This document shows, piece by piece, positions 49,774-64,000 of a stretch of 64,000 nucleotides of DNA. The notes under the pieces are model-generated. The model saw nothing but the letters and a program-made list of their open reading frames with translations, was not told the origin of the DNA and did no database searches. This DNA is from Eledone cirrhosa (taxonomy: Eukaryota). The translations under genes were made by a program, and so were the position numbers. Location of the stretch: the NCBI GenBank assembly GCA_964016885.1, contig OZ024741.1, positions 365,366,001 through 365,430,000 on the forward strand. Direction: 5' to 3'. Position 1 is the first letter of the stretch; every line of letters begins with the position of its first letter.

Positions 49774-49816
<43 letters not shown>

Positions 49817-49844
49817 AACATATATATATATATATATATACAGT

Positions 49845-50757
49845 GGTAAAAGATCGGGACGTTATATCCGTAGTAAGTAGAGCACTCAGCCGAAAGGACA
49901 AGTTCCGTATAGAGTTAGATGCACAACAAATTAGCAAACCATATTGGCGGACCTGCGTTTCACGTGACGGAACGTCTACAAGATACTTACACTTTCAGCA
50001 ATAGATAGCTTACGAGACACTGCTCCATTTCCGTATGGCCAGGAAAGGGTTAGAACTTTCCATTGAATGGAGAAATTCCCGTCTGAATCGTTGAGTAACG
50101 ATATGTGGCATGCCAGCCAGCTTCGTGGATAACCTCTAATCAGAGTATCCGAAGATCGTCTGTTCGTTAAGGAAGTTCTTTAAACCGGCCGGCGATACAT
50201 CTACATACGTTTTAGCCTTGTGTTGTTGGTTCGTTCGTGTAGATGTAACTTCAGCCTAACAGACGACTGTAGATGTGTTACACAGATGTTGAAATGCATG
50301 GTTATGGCCTTCTGCAAGGGAACCCGGGTGGGGGAGAGCTGTAGGGATTGATGGTGATGTGGGTAGTCATATATTTAGCACATTAATATCCGAGTTCCAC
50401 CCTCTGTCTATTAATGATAGATCTGTATTTATGTCCTATAGGGAAGTGCTTGTCGAGGAGTGCCATGTATTTCTTACCTAGATTAGTTCTAATTCAAGCG
50501 ATATGGGTGGGTAGAACCAACGGTAGAGGGTTGGACGCCATGCTTTCTAACGTAGTTACGTTCCTTTACGGTCTGAGTTCAAATCACGTCGAGGTTAACT
50601 TTGCCTTTCATCCTTACGGGGTCGATAAAATAAAGTACCAGTAATGCACTGGATAATTGCTGGCATTGTGACAAAAGTAGAAACAATTATTATCTTTCTT
50701 TCTACAGGTAGTGTGATGAGGAGGAGAGTAAGACATTTTATCGGAGAAGCCGAAACT
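49845..50757 (-). mobile_element. Decayed Naiad-like PLE 3' fragment interrupted by a SINE
   Basis: Manual translation GFSDKMSY.., IRTNLGKKYMALLDKHFPIGHKYRSIINR, AEVTS..KTYV, QWKVL..PYGNG..KLSIAE, matching the 55433 ORF. Confidence 0.75.
50521..50693 (+). mobile_element. tRNA-derived SINE
   Basis: Same family as 11721. Confidence 0.88.
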
Positions 50758-50761
50758 TATA

Positions 50762-50799
<38 letters not shown>

Positions 50800-50800
<1 letters not shown>

Positions 50801-53800
50801 CTTGAAAAACTTAATACAGATACATCTTGTATAATGCATGAATTAGACATTGAGAATAAAACACAACCCTTCATGCCTAGGAAACCCAAGATCAATATGA
50901 AAGATCACAAAAGAAACTTTGAAAATGATTTACCAGTTAGATTAATTGCACCATCCAAATCTGACCTGGGAAAACTTAGTAAAAATATTATAGACAGGGT
51001 AATACAACAAATTATAAACTTACCTAATTTATCTTACTTAAAATTATGGAAAGGCACTAGTGAGGTTATTGATTGGTTTAAAGAAATGACATATAACTAA
51101 TAATAAGTTTATTCAGCTGGATATTGCTAACTACTATTCATCTATCACTCCTAATCTACTGAATAAGGCACTAAATTACGCATTTAAACATACTGACCTA
51201 ACTAGCAATGAAATGCACATTATATTATCGGCAAGGAAAACATTGATAGAATTTAATAACCAACTCTGGACTAGGGCAAATAGAAATAATAATTTCGACA
51301 TAACTATGGGATCATCAGACTCAGCTCAGGTAACGGACCTTGTGGGCCTATTTATAATTAATTCGCTACATAGAAAAATATCAGGTGTAACCGGAGATTT
51401 ATATCGTGATGACATGCTTTTACTTATAGAAGATAATAGCTGTGAACTAAATAGAAAAAGAAAACAAATTATGCAATTTTTTAATTACCTTAATCTAAAA
51501 ATAGAAATAGAGAATAACCATAGAATAGTCAATTTTCTTGATGTAACACTAAATCTCAACACATGTCTTCATTATCCATTTCACAAACTAAATGAGAACT
51601 TGAATTATGTCAACTTTAACTCTAATCCGCCCAGATTTTAAAAAAATACTATAGTGAACTCTGTTCAAGAACGAATTTCAAGAATTTCATCTAATAAAAA
51701 AATATTTGATGAAAAAGCGCAGTATTACAACGAAGCATTAGCTAGAGCTGGATATAGAAATAAAATTAAATACATCGATAATAATAATAATAAGCAAATT
51801 AACCAAAATAATAACAATTTCAATTACGGTAACAACTTTAACAACTATAATAGAAAACATTACAATAATTCCAAAAGCCGAAAAAGAAATCGAACTAGAA
51901 ATATATTATGGTTTGCTCCCCCTTTCTCACTAAATATTAAAACCCCTATTGCTAGACTATTCTTTAAAGCTCTTGACACACGCTTCCCTAGAACACATAA
52001 ATATCACTCAATTTTTAATTGACACACTATAAAATTAACTTACTCGTCCACCAAAAATTTAGCACAAATAATAATAGAATTAATAATAAGAATTTAAAAC
52101 CTAACCAAAATACCAATAATAACCCAAACAATATTCAATTAAATAACTGTAACTGTAGAAATAAATCTAACTGTCCGTTAAGTAACAACTGCTTAGCTAA
52201 AAATGTAGTGTACAATTGTAATGTTAAAACTAATTTAAATGCATTTAACTATGTTGGTTCCACCTCTACAGAATTTAAATTTCGCTTCAATAATCATAAG
52301 AATTCTTTCACAGATCCAAACAAAAAATCTTCAACTTCGCTATCTAGCCTACTATGGGACCTAAAACGAGATAATATTAAATATTCGATGAATTGGAATA
52401 TTATTTCAAAAGCTACTCCTTTTAATTCCTCTTCAGAAAATTGTGATCTTTGTATTGTAGAAATTTTCTTTATATTAAAGTCCAAAAATTCCCTTAATCT
52501 GAGGAACAATTTATTCAGTTGCTGCAGATATAGATTGAACTCAACGTTTAAATATAAATATAAATTTAAAATGTAGTATAATTAATTAAGTAATTTTAGT
52601 TAATATATAGAACCTGTCGATAATCCATTAGATTCCTTCACCTTTTTCTTTTTAAACTTTCTTCCTAAATATAAACATGGATATAATAAACTACTCTAAA
52701 ATGTCTATACTTCCAATGTATTAAATAAAATATACGTAGGATAAATTTCTATACTAAATATATAAAACATATTATTTTAACTTAAGATACTCTATAGTGT
52801 TTTAATGATATTTAATGCTTTGATATTTCTAGATTTCTTTTGACTATATAGTTGCATTTCCAAAATGTATTCCTTTGGTATTTTAAATTTATATTGTTAT
52901 GGTTATATTTACAAATTATAGTCCTTTGGTAATTTATTGATATTGGATTATCTCTATACAAATGCATATGTGTGTATTAACATGCATAGAAAGTGTTATA
53001 GATTTTTGTGTTTGTATATGTGTCTGTATATATACATGAGTGATGCATGAGGACGCACGCAAATATTTATTTATACATATGTATGTGTATATATATATGT
53101 GTATATATCTATGTGGTTGAGAGGTATGTTGCAGATGTGCATAATATTAAACACATGAATGGTAATCGTATATATGAGGACATGATTGTTAATCGTATAT
53201 ATTTGTATATATATACTGTGAAATTTTTATAACACAATGAGTGTATAGCAGTGATTAAGAGAAATCATTTACGTTTTGTATGGCTATATTGTTGGCTTGA
53301 GTAAACATAATTTCTATTTTCAGGACGTACGTATCTATATGTATGTATACTTGTATGTCTTTGCATAAAATACTAATCTCTATAGCAAGGGTACATTTTG
53401 AACTCAGATTTTGGTATATTGATCTCAAGTTTCTAAACTAAACATATGGTCATTATTGAACAATGTTTAATTTCTCATATTATATATCTATGTCCCATTC
53501 ATGAATATTGATACTTATATTTATATTTTTTATTATTCATTTCATATAAATTGTTAACTCAACTTAATATGACATGACGTAAAGTTGTCACTGTCCCCCT
53601 CTCTCTATATAGTATTTCTCTCTCTTGAGTTTCTCTTTCTGTTGCTTTCCTTTGTTTTTCTTATTCCTTCCTTTTCTTTCTTTCTAATTTCCTCCTATCT
53701 TTATTTATCTCTTTCTTTTCTCCATACATTTCTCTCTCTCTCCGATATTTCTCCAGGTTTTCTTGCTCTTTTCTTTCTCTCTCTCTGTCTTTGTTCTTTT

Positions 53801-54137
53801 CTCTTTCTTTCTCTCCGTCTTTTTCTAATTGTGCTTAACACTATGACTTATTATATAAGCAAATCACTATCCAGACAGCCTCCAAAAGTAATGGTTGTAT
53901 TTTAAAGGGTACGTCAAACCTATTTGTAAAACTGTTATATATTGTATTTTGGCTGATGAAGGCATACCATAATTTAATGTGGTATCCCTGAAATATGTAT
54001 AATGAAATAAATATGGTTTTATAAATATAGTTTCCATTTATTAATATCGTATATCTACTCCAAAAATTTGTCGAGGGCTTTATATCAGTTATAAAAATAT
54101 TTACTTGTTGTATCCCAACAACTTTAAATAGAACTTT

Positions 54138-54140
<3 letters not shown>
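50800..54140 (+). mobile_element. 5'-truncated Naiad-like PLE (RT and GIY-YIG remnants 50834-52576; HHR 53945-54008)
   Basis: QLDIANYY, MGSSDSAQVTDLVG, LYRDD, CNCRNKSNCPL, VVY..YVGST, CDLC; CTGATGA aggcatacca..tggtatccct GAAA. Confidence 0.9.
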
Positions 54141-54188
<48 letters not shown>

Positions 54189-54603
54189 TAGCTTAATACT
54201 GATAAAATACGATTCGATTTATAATAAAAAAAAAAATTGTAAGCATGCTCGGATTGTTGGTTTTTCCTTGGCCTTCTCTCGTCTGTTATTCCGGCCATCT
54301 CTGACTTTCATTTTACATTCATCTAAATCTATCAAAATGATTTTCTTCCATGTTTTTAAAATCATTATGAAACATATAGCCAGTAAAGTACGAATGCATG
54401 GTTCTATTTATGTATCTCTCTATCTATCTCTCTGTCTCTCCTTCGGATTGCTGTTTTATTTTTTCCTTGATAGTGTTCGGTAAACTTCCATAAATAGATA
54501 ACTATATATTGACTGTCAATCTATATAGAGTTATCTAGCTAGATAAATAGACAGGTAGACAGATAGAGAGACAAAAAGATAAATATAGAATATTGGTTCG
54601 AGA

Positions 54604-54724
<121 letters not shown>

Positions 54725-54887
54725 AGGATTTAGATATAGGCATAGCTGTATACATATACGTATAGACATTTCGTATTTCTAAAGAAACACGGTTTATTTG
54801 CAGGTAAACATTTAGAAAGCCGTAGCAATGCAAAAAACCACCGGGACTAACGCCCTCTGATGGTGCTCAGCAGAAGCAAGGGGGACA

Positions 54888-54931
54888 ATCGTTGATGCAT
54901 TTCGGATTTAGCTGGTCCTCATCAGGACGAT
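54888..54931 (-). ncRNA. Type I minimal hammerhead ribozyme
   Basis: atcgtc CTGATGA ggaccagctaaatcc GAAA tgca TC aacgat; palindromic ATGCAT stem III. Confidence 0.75.
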
Positions 54932-55339
54932 CCCTCCCCCACTTGCGACCGTTGGACTTGAAAACAGTCGAGAATATATAGTTTTCTCGTCTGTGTAAAT
55001 GAAGTGATTAATCTCATTTGCATATGAAGCTGCATAAGATATGTTGTCTCTCCTCTGTTTTGTCTCTTCTGTTACTCCACGGAACAGCGTTTGGGTTATG
55101 TTATCGCTGTGGCCCCGGATGGACCATCAGTACCGTTGTTAGGGGTCGAAACTGCCCAAATCCATCTCAACGGCCGATGACCAGAAAGTGTTGTGTCTTT
55201 CCTTTGTATTTTTAATTTAAAAAAATAAACTTTTAAGACTGCCCATTAAAAAATTGTTTTTTGTTTTGTTTTGTTTCAGTTCGTTGTCTTGTCCTTTCTG
55301 CGTTAATTTTGTTAAGTTTATTTATATTCTCAGCTCACA

Positions 55340-57762
55340 TACCACAACAAAAATACCTTTGCTAGTTTTAATCTTAAAATTACTATTGATACTAACCTTT
55401 CCAACGTAGATTTCTTAGATATAAACTTAGATTTGCCTACTGCTTCTTATAAACCATACCGTAAACCTAATGAAAACTTAAAATATATAAATAAAGGATC
55501 TTGCCATCCACCTATAGTTTTTAAAAACCTTATCCCTAATATTAGCCGTAGGATCTCCACCCTCTCTTCATCAGAAGCTATTTTCAATAAGGCATCCCCC
55601 TACTATAATAAAGCCCTCCAAAATAGAGGCTTTAGCGAACCGATTAAATACATACCTAACTACACTAACTCTATTAAACATAAAAATAGGGAAAGAAAAA
55701 TCTGGTTCACCCCCCCCCCCTACTCTCTAGCAGTTAAAACTAATGTAGGCAAAAAATTCCTAGAACTCCTAGATAAACATTTCCCTAGAACACATAGATA
55801 CTATAAGATCTTTAACAGAAACTGTGTTAAAATTAGCTATTCCTGCGGTCCCCCTATTAAGTCCTATATCCTCAACAAAACATCACCTAGAGAAAATCAA
55901 ACTTGCTCCTGTAGAATCAAAAGTGAATGCCCATTACAAGGTAAATGCAACACCAAAGCCATTGTATATGCGGCTAATGTGACAACCATCAGCAACAACC
56001 ATCCAGTCACCAGTGAACGATATGTGGGTATGACGCAAGGCAGATTCAAAACGCGTTATTACTCACATGTCGCATCCTTTCGACATCCAGAAAAAAGATT
56101 TACAACAGCTCTGGCTAGCAGAATCTGGGATTTGAAAGACCAAGGCATCCAATATAAACTAGATTGGTCAATTTTGAACCAATCTAAAAAATATGCTAGA
56201 GGAACAAGAAAATGCACGCTCTGCATAAACGAAAAATTTTGGCTATTGCAAAATCTTAAATCACCAAAGACCTGCCTGAACACGAAGACGGAAATTTTTA
56301 CCAGTTGCCCACACATGAAATCACACCTGCTTTCCAGCTCATATAAACTTAACACACTTTCAGATACTTATCCTCCATAAGCTCTTATTATTCTCGTTTT
56401 AATTACCCTTTCTGACTTATTTTCATTCTTATCCTTGTCAAAAATTTCATTTATTTTCACTTTTATTTACTTTTACTTCACCCCCCCCCCTTATTATCCG
56501 ATCCACTTCCTATTTTCTATTTTTTACTTCCCCTTCTTTTACTTCCCTTTTTCTTCCACTAACTGATTATACATGTCTTTTGTGTTTTTCAATCCAGATA
56601 TATTTTTCATTTTTAATTTTATTTTATTTTTGCGCAGCCTATCTTACAATTTTACATTTGTACTTATTTATCCACATTTCTATATTGCTGAACGCCTTAA
56701 TGTGTGTATACTTGTTATATATGTACATGAATGACTACGTATGTGCGCGCGCGTGCGTGTATGTATATGCATATATATATATATATATATATATATGCAT
56801 TATGTATGTGAGTGTGTACAGGTGTTTGTGTGTGTGTGTATGTATATATTATGCGCATGTGTAAGTGTCTTTATATCCGTGTTTTTGACATTTCAGTTTT
56901 ATGTTTTTGTTTTTATGTTTTTGTTCCTTTTTTCTTCTCCCCCCCTTCCCTCTTTTGTTACTTACTCAGTTTCATACGTGGGCATGCAAACAGGTTTATA
57001 TGCGCGCGTATAAGTATGTGTGTGTGTGTGTGTGTATGTACGTATCGAACGTATGGAAGTGTAAGTGCGCGTGTGTATATAAGCATAATTATTTTTACAT
57101 TTCTTTTGTAAGACACGCGTGTCTGTGTATGTATGTACCCCCCCTTTTTTGTTTTCTTTAATTTTTTCTTTCTATCTTTTCTTTCTAATTTATCGTTACT
57201 ATATTTTTATAAATATATCGAGACTAATACTCTCTTTACCTCCTTTCTTTCCGCATCTAAGTGTACGAGTGTCCAGGCGTTTTTATGCGCGCGACTTTAT
57301 ATTCTTATATTTACGATGTAACCATTTCTGTCTGTATAATACAGACATATAGATTCATTTGCCCTAAATTGTTATAATTACGCACACTTTCTAACTATAC
57401 ATTTACATGTGCACATATATATATATGCACATATGTGAGCGTATATACATACACATACACACACCTAACTATTTTTCTTGATAGATTTTTATATATTTCA
57501 ATTTCTATTTCATTTATCTATATATCTTTTTATATTTTTTTGATTTTCTTGATGTGTTTTTCTAAGTATTTGCCCATGTTTTATATTGCCTCGTCTGACG
57601 AACGAATGAAGTCGTTTATTTCGTATTCGCCTCATTCGGGAAACCTCTGGTAATGAGGTAATTATATTGTATTGATTTTACACATTAAATTTTGCTCTGA
57701 TACTTACATAGAGCACTCTTCATTTCTATGACCTTTTCTGTTTCCAACGGAAATTTCAATAC
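55340..57762 (+). mobile_element. 5'-truncated Naiad-like PLE; uninterrupted thumb plus GIY-YIG ORF 55433-56380
   Basis: PYRKPNE..SCHPP, CSCRIKSECPLQGKC, IVY..YVGMT..FKTRY..H, CTLCINEK. Confidence 0.9.
57586..57661 (+). ncRNA. Type I hammerhead ribozyme in the Naiad-like pLTR
   Basis: ttgcctcgt CTGACGA acgaatga..tcattcgg GAAAC ctctg GTA atgaggtaa; 9-bp stem I. Confidence 0.85.
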
Positions 57763-58026
57763 TTATATATAATATATATTAGGTATTAAAATAACAATGA
57801 AAATAAAACAACAAAGTCAAGTTACTTTACCTATTTATATAATTGTTTTACGATCGTTTCGGAGGGTCGATCATATTGATATATTGTCTGATCTATAGTA
57901 GTTATATAACTGTATACTATCAGATCTCACATGTAGGTTCGATCAGACTGTCTTCTTCGCACCTTACCACCAGAGGTAGACCACACTGAAAAATAAAAAA
58001 TATATATAAATATAGATAGATAGATA

Positions 58027-58063
<37 letters not shown>

Positions 58064-59044
58064 CAGGCATATAGATAGATATCGGCATCTTCGTCAAGTG
58101 ACATTTACCATATCCTTGTACCTATCCATGCCTCGTGAGTGGGATTTTGTAGCCGAAATTCTTGCGCCACTATATAATTTAATTTTTAATTTACCTTTTT
58201 GTTTTTCTATTGTTAAATATTAAATCATTTATTAGTAGAGTTTTTCTTGTAGTGGGTCTTTAATTTTTGTGTGGATATTATGTGGTTTTGAAATTTGCTG
58301 ATATTTTGTGATATATATAAGGTGTCTCTGGTAGTTTGGTTTAAATTATTTTCCGTTTCAGTTTCTAAATTGGGAAAATGTAGAGGATACTGTGACGGAA
58401 TATATTTATAGTTGCTATTGGATTTTGTTGGCTGGAGTTGGTTTGTGAGATATATGAGGCACATATAAATTTGTTCGTATGTGTTTATGAGTCAGTCTTT
58501 CTGTCTGTCTGTCCATGTGTATGCATGTATGTATATTTCAGTTAAGAAAATGACGTTATCATAGAAATCAATGAAATTATAGTAATATTTATCGCATTCA
58601 TTATTAATATTATTACGAACCACTATCAGAGCCACCATCGCCACCAACAACACTCCCACAATCTCAACGAAGACGAACACCACTGCTACCACTAACATAA
58701 TCACATTTTATCATCATTAAGTTCTCTCTTTTTTATTGCAATACTTATTATGAAGGCTGTCATCATTTTCAATGTTATTAATACTAATATTACTTGTTAT
58801 GCAGGAAGAACGATGAGTTTTATAAATTTACTTTGTCTTTACAATGATTGTATCCTGTTACTGCACAAGGTTTCATTACATTCTTGTTTGCAAGATTAAT
58901 GACGTTTATGGCGCCTGCATAATCTTATTGCCGAGACGCAATTTCGACAAAATAAAATAGCTCACTATTTAATGTTTATAAATAGATTACGTATATACAA
59001 ATTTAACGTATTTTCTTCTTGCACACCCATATATATCAATGTCA

Positions 59045-59102
<58 letters not shown>

Positions 59103-60002
59103 GTGTGAGTGTATGTGTATGCATCTATGTATGTGTATATGTGTGAGTGTGTTTATGTATTTATCAGTGAATATGAACAAGGATGAAGAAAAACAGTGCC
59201 AGATCTAGTATGTGGATTGATATATTATATTTCTTTGTAGTCTTACACAGAAAAAAAGCGGTGCTAAGAAATGTTATCTCTGCCTCAGTGAGAAATGTAG
59301 CATCTAACAAGGTTTGTACCCTGCAAATAATTACGTGAACTATTGGAACGAATGTTTTAAAAAGCCAATTCCTTTCTAAGAGGGAATGTTCAATGAATTC
59401 CACAGATTTTGATCCAACTTGAGATGAGTTTTATACTTTTTATATAACGTTACTATTTTTCACACATACATAACACTATACATCTTCTATACTATTCAAC
59501 CCCAGCACTTAAATAGAATATACTACATATATGTATGTATACTACATACCACCACATAACAAAATAGATGTACTATACTGAAAATATCACTACAATTATA
59601 TACAAATTTCTATACAATATACTTGCAACATCGAACACATAAACATATATATTTAAATTTTACACCATCAGTTATTCCCTTTTGTATATAAATAGATCTT
59701 TTTTGTATATGAATATATCCCTTTTGTATATAAATAAATAAATGTCATAACGGAACGCTTAACACAATTTACTTTTCATGGGATCTTCAAATTCGTTATT
59801 GCGCTTGTTGACTATAAGTCCCGTGTTTGATAGCTGGTCAGTGGATTCTCAATCCATTAAGTCCAATCATAGATGGCTATAGCTAGGCCTTGAAACCTAA
59901 GGTAGTGATTTTGGTTCTGTGTATGAAGATAAATATATAAATAGTAATAATAATGTGAAGACTAAACTCTGAAGAGGGCTCGATAGGGATTATATATATA
60001 TA

Positions 60003-60158
60003 TAAATCCGTAGAACAAATATTTATTATAAGAACAGATTAAAGTTTAAGCAAAGAATCGCTGCTTTCACCCTTAACGGTTGAAACGTTTTTCGAAACAT
60101 TTATTTCTGCGTCCAAGCAGCGATTCTTTACTTAAACTTTAATCTGTTCTTATAATAA
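60003..60158 (-). mobile_element. Short fold-back element in (TA)n
   Basis: AAGAACAGATTAAAGTTTAAGCAAAGAATCGCTGC vs GCAGCGATTCTTTACTTAAACTTTAATCTGTTCTT; relatives at ~24558 and ~31900. Confidence 0.75.
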
Positions 60159-60224
60159 TAATAATATATATATATGTATGTATATATACATATATATATA
60201 TATTATTATTATTATTAATATTAA

Positions 60225-60442
60225 CAATATTAATAAATGGAAAATATCTTTATAATGCCATATTTATTTTATTATACATATTTCAAGGACACAAAATGTT
60301 AGTGTACTTTCATCAGATAAAATATTATATTTTATCTGACTATGTCCTTGAAATACATATAATAAAATCTGTAGAGTGCTTCACATCTGTTATAAAATTA
60401 ACTTTGCTGAATGATAATCAACAAACCATATAACTCATTGTT
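60225..60442 (+). mobile_element. Short fold-back copy of the 6365 family; HHR at 60266-60323(-)
   Basis: TCATCAGATAAAATATTATATTTTATCTGA centre; tail with TGTAGAGTGCT. Confidence 0.7.
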
Positions 60443-61418
60443 TATATGTATATGTAGTCGGCAATTAAATATGTTATGATACAACACTGATTCTTTGTTC
60501 CTTCATTCTTATACTATATATATATATGTATATTTTTTTAATACATTTATTTATTAATTTATGAAAAATGTATAGAATATAGTATAAGGAATGTTAATCT
60601 ATCCCCTAGTCAAGAAAACATTGATAGCACCGCCTCGTGGTAAGGAAATTGAAAACTAAGTTTAACTATACCATTAAGCTCAGTCACTGAAAAACAGCAT
60701 TTTCATTCCCTTATCGCACTCGTTAAAACTTATCATATATTGCAGAAAACTGTTTCAACAGTTTCAGTTAACACAAAATAAATTATATCATGTATTTACT
60801 ACATCCAGTGGTAACAGTTTGTTCATCCAGAAAGAATATTATTGAGACAGTACAACTACTCTTCGATTAAGAACCTACTATATATACAAGGCAGAGGAAA
60901 ATAAACAGTCCCGCAACTTTGTACTACTCTGCGATAGAAAATCCGTAACCACACCGCGTGCATAACAGGTATAGACAAATGAAAGGCAACAACCATCTCG
61001 AGCTACATTTGTTTACTAAAATGAAAATATTGTAACTTACTTTGTCAACTAAAACATCGGTGTAAAATGGAGACCTTCCTCTATGGGAAGTAAACTTGGT
61101 TTCTTTACATCTACGGATATATTAATTCTGAAAAGAAAAAAAAACTACCTGGCAACAGGATAGTATGTAAATATCAAACAAGACATTTAGTAAATGTAAA
61201 GTTGTCAATGAGTTTATAGTATCTAGATTTCTAATTGGAATATAATATTGTATTTGTGCAGCTCTTGACGGGTGTGCAAGGATGAAACATTTTCAAATGA
61301 TTTTCCTATATATTTCGAAATTAATTTTAAATATTTCGTCGTCTTTTCTTTCCTCGACTTATCGCTCTATCTCCAGACTGGACCTTATATTCGATATTTT
61401 ATTTAACCTAATGTTATC

Positions 61419-61516
<98 letters not shown>

Positions 61517-61521
61517 TATAT

Positions 61522-61654
61522 ATGAGGGTGTTAAAGTTTGCTTGAAGCATTGTGAAATGTGTAAAATACGTAGTTAAGAAAGCCACAACAATGCAGAGGG
61601 AAATCTCGAGATTTCCCTCTGCATTGTTGTGGCTTTCTTAACTACGTATTTTAA

Positions 61655-61655
<1 letters not shown>
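61522..61655 (-). mobile_element. Short perfect palindrome, family of 6830-7370
   Basis: Centre CTCGAG at 61605-61610. Confidence 0.85.
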
Positions 61656-61686
<31 letters not shown>

Positions 61687-61815
61687 GTGAGGTTTTTTAC
61701 AAAATGAAAAATAACCGAGGTGTCCTACACGAGTGAAAGTATAAAGAAAAAAGATGAAATCGAAAATACAACTGGAGTCTTATTTTAAAATAATATATAT
61801 ATATTTATTTGGTTC

Positions 61816-61851
61816 ATTTACCGGTTTCGCAGTTCTTCTGCTTTTCAAAAG
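61816..61851 (-). ncRNA. Hammerhead with U3-A8 variant core
   Basis: ctt TTGAAAA gcagaagaactgc GAAAC cg GTA aat. Confidence 0.55.
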
Positions 61852-61974
61852 TAGAGTTGAGATGGGGGGTCTGTGGTTTTTCTCACATCTCTATATATAT
61901 AGTGTTTCCGTAGGAAGGGTAAAGGAAAGGAGAGTGCTCTATTTAAGCTACAGAGCTATTTAGTTATATATAAC

Positions 61975-62103
<129 letters not shown>

Positions 62104-62208
62104 CCAGGGAATATAACGTGATGTTACTGTAGGTTCACCCAAGTGAACACTCGATGTTTAGGTTGACGTCAGTAGCGAGCTGTACAGCTAAACAGAGAGT
62201 AATATAAT

Positions 62209-62386
62209 AATTGTTTCTACTTTAGACACAAGGCCAGCAAATACCCAGTGCATTACTGGTACTTTATTTTATCGACCCCGTAAGGATGAAAGGCAAAGTC
62301 AACCTCGGCGGGATTTGAACGCAGATTGTAAAGGGACGTAACTATGCTGGAAAAAAGGCGTGCGACACTCTACCGATACTGCCAAT
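62209..62386 (-). mobile_element. tRNA-derived SINE
   Basis: Reverse complement of the 11721 family. Confidence 0.88.
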
Positions 62387-62502
62387 AATAATACAAAGAC
62401 GATTTATTAAGCCTTCATTACGTTTATTGATTGGTGACGTGCATTTCGCTATTGATCAGCTCAACGCTCGATCTGTATTGATCTCTATCGATATATACAC
62501 AC

Positions 62503-62546
<44 letters not shown>

Positions 62547-62727
62547 TTCCTTCGTTTTAAATTTTAAAATGTTTTGAAAGTGAGTTAATTTTGTTCATGT
62601 CACCTTAAATATATTCTAAATGTTTTCCCGGATAACTAGATTTTAATGGTGCAAATAAAAGAAAATTAAGAAAAACCAAATGTTTTCTTAGCATAGTGAG
62701 ATCATAAACGTAAATAAGATTTGCTTA

Positions 62728-62939
62728 ATTTTAGCCAATGATATCTCTATATTTTAGCCAATGATATCTCTATATTTTAGCCAATGATATCTCTATATTT
62801 TAGCCAATGATATCTCTATATTTTAGCCAATGATATCTCTATATTTTAGCCAATGATATCTCTATATTTTAGCCAATGATATCTCTATATTTTAGCCAAT
62901 GATATCTCTATATTTTAGCCAATGATATCTCTATATTTT
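62728..62939 (+). repeat. 23-bp minisatellite, 9 perfect copies
   Basis: Unit TTAGCCAATGATATCTCTATATT at 62731, 62754 ... 62915. Confidence 0.95.
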
Positions 62940-63652
62940 GTCAGACGTTAATGTGTCAATTACTGATGGTAAAGACACACTTTAAATTTGTTGCAAATTA
63001 AAACTAATATTGTTTTACAAGGATTCCGTAATAATCGTGTTGGAGAAGCAGATATAATGTAACTTGAGATCACAAGAGTAAACACAAGAGTAAATTAAAG
63101 AACGAAACAAAAAAAGATTACATTTTTGCCTTCCATGATATTTCGAGGTTACGACCTGCTTTACAAAAAGAAAAAAAAATAGTGTGGGGTTTGGCGATTA
63201 GTAGACATTTGGGTGACATGCGGAGATTGATGTACTCACAAAAGCCAATCGTCTTTATCCAATTCGCTTCTTATATTTATGACTGATCTCGATTTATTGT
63301 CTAGAAAAGTTTGTTCGCGTCTCCGGTTTACTGATGTTATAATTAACTTCAATATTCGTGTTGCAACATATTTGTCTACCTCTATATGCATTTGTGTGTG
63401 CATAGAACAACTACATTTGGTAATGGCGTCATTTTTCAATACTATGCACTCTTTCCATTTCATAAACTACTATGTTCATCGAAATGAATTTTGAAATTCT
63501 TTCTCTCACTCCCGCTCTCTCTCCACACGCACACACATGCGTAAATAAATAAATAAATATATATATATGCATATATCTATATATAATATATGTGTGTAAC
63601 ATTGCCTCCAGTGTTTTATTTGTTTCATTATTAACTATATATATATATATAT

Positions 63653-63690
<38 letters not shown>

Positions 63691-63731
63691 TATGATGTGA
63701 GAAAAACCACAGACCCTCCATCTCAACTCTA

Positions 63732-63767
63732 CTTTTGAAAAGCAGAAGAACTGCGAAACCAGTAAAG
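63732..63767 (+). ncRNA. Hammerhead with U3-A8 variant core (inverted copy of 61816)
   Basis: ctt TTGAAAA gcag aagaa ctgc GAAAC ca GTA aag; 63695-63843 is the reverse complement of 61740-61890. Confidence 0.65.
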
Positions 63768-64000
63768 GAACCAAATAAATATATATATTTAAAAAAAAAT
63801 AAGACTCCAGTTGCATTTTCGATTTCATCTTTTTTTCTTTATATATATCTATATATATCTATATACATATATATACTAGACATCAAAAATGCGCAAGCTC
63901 AAAAGTGCCACAGAATGTTATAATAAACCTTCAAAAGTGTGGGACTAGAGTTGTTGCTAAAAAATATTGTAATCATTATATATCGTACATTCTGTGGCAT

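Noticed and set aside
57835-57965. HHR half-site GAAACgatcGTA on the minus strand
   Set aside because: No matching CUGANGA core with a stem I partner found
62728-62939. CRISPR-like array
   Set aside because: Head-to-tail repeats without spacers, eukaryotic context, no cas genes

Overview
AT-rich, microsatellite-dense eukaryotic DNA, most likely octopus or another coleoid cephalopod (inferred from the SINE family and repeat landscape). I recognise no intact host protein-coding gene, and most short ORFs in the track are (TA)n/(CA)n translation artefacts. The window is a nest of decayed retroelements: about 8 Penelope-like elements (PLEs; Neptune-like, Naiad-like and a third lineage), a split Gypsy pol, 3' fragments of R4/Dong-, CRE- and RTE-clade LINEs, tRNA-derived SINEs and Helentron-type non-autonomous elements. 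The main hidden signal is RNA-level. About 25 type-I minimal hammerhead ribozyme (HHR) motifs from at least 10 sequence families were read by eye, including three families with a compensatory U3-A8 catalytic core. Many HHRs lie in short non-coding fold-back or partial-tandem elements inserted in (TA)n. These elements share an 11-nt RTHGAGBVCT-type motif near their 3' end with protein-coding Naiad-like PLEs, which suggests a microsatellite-targeted, PLE-mobilised retrozyme-like system. Coordinates were read manually and may be off by a few bases.
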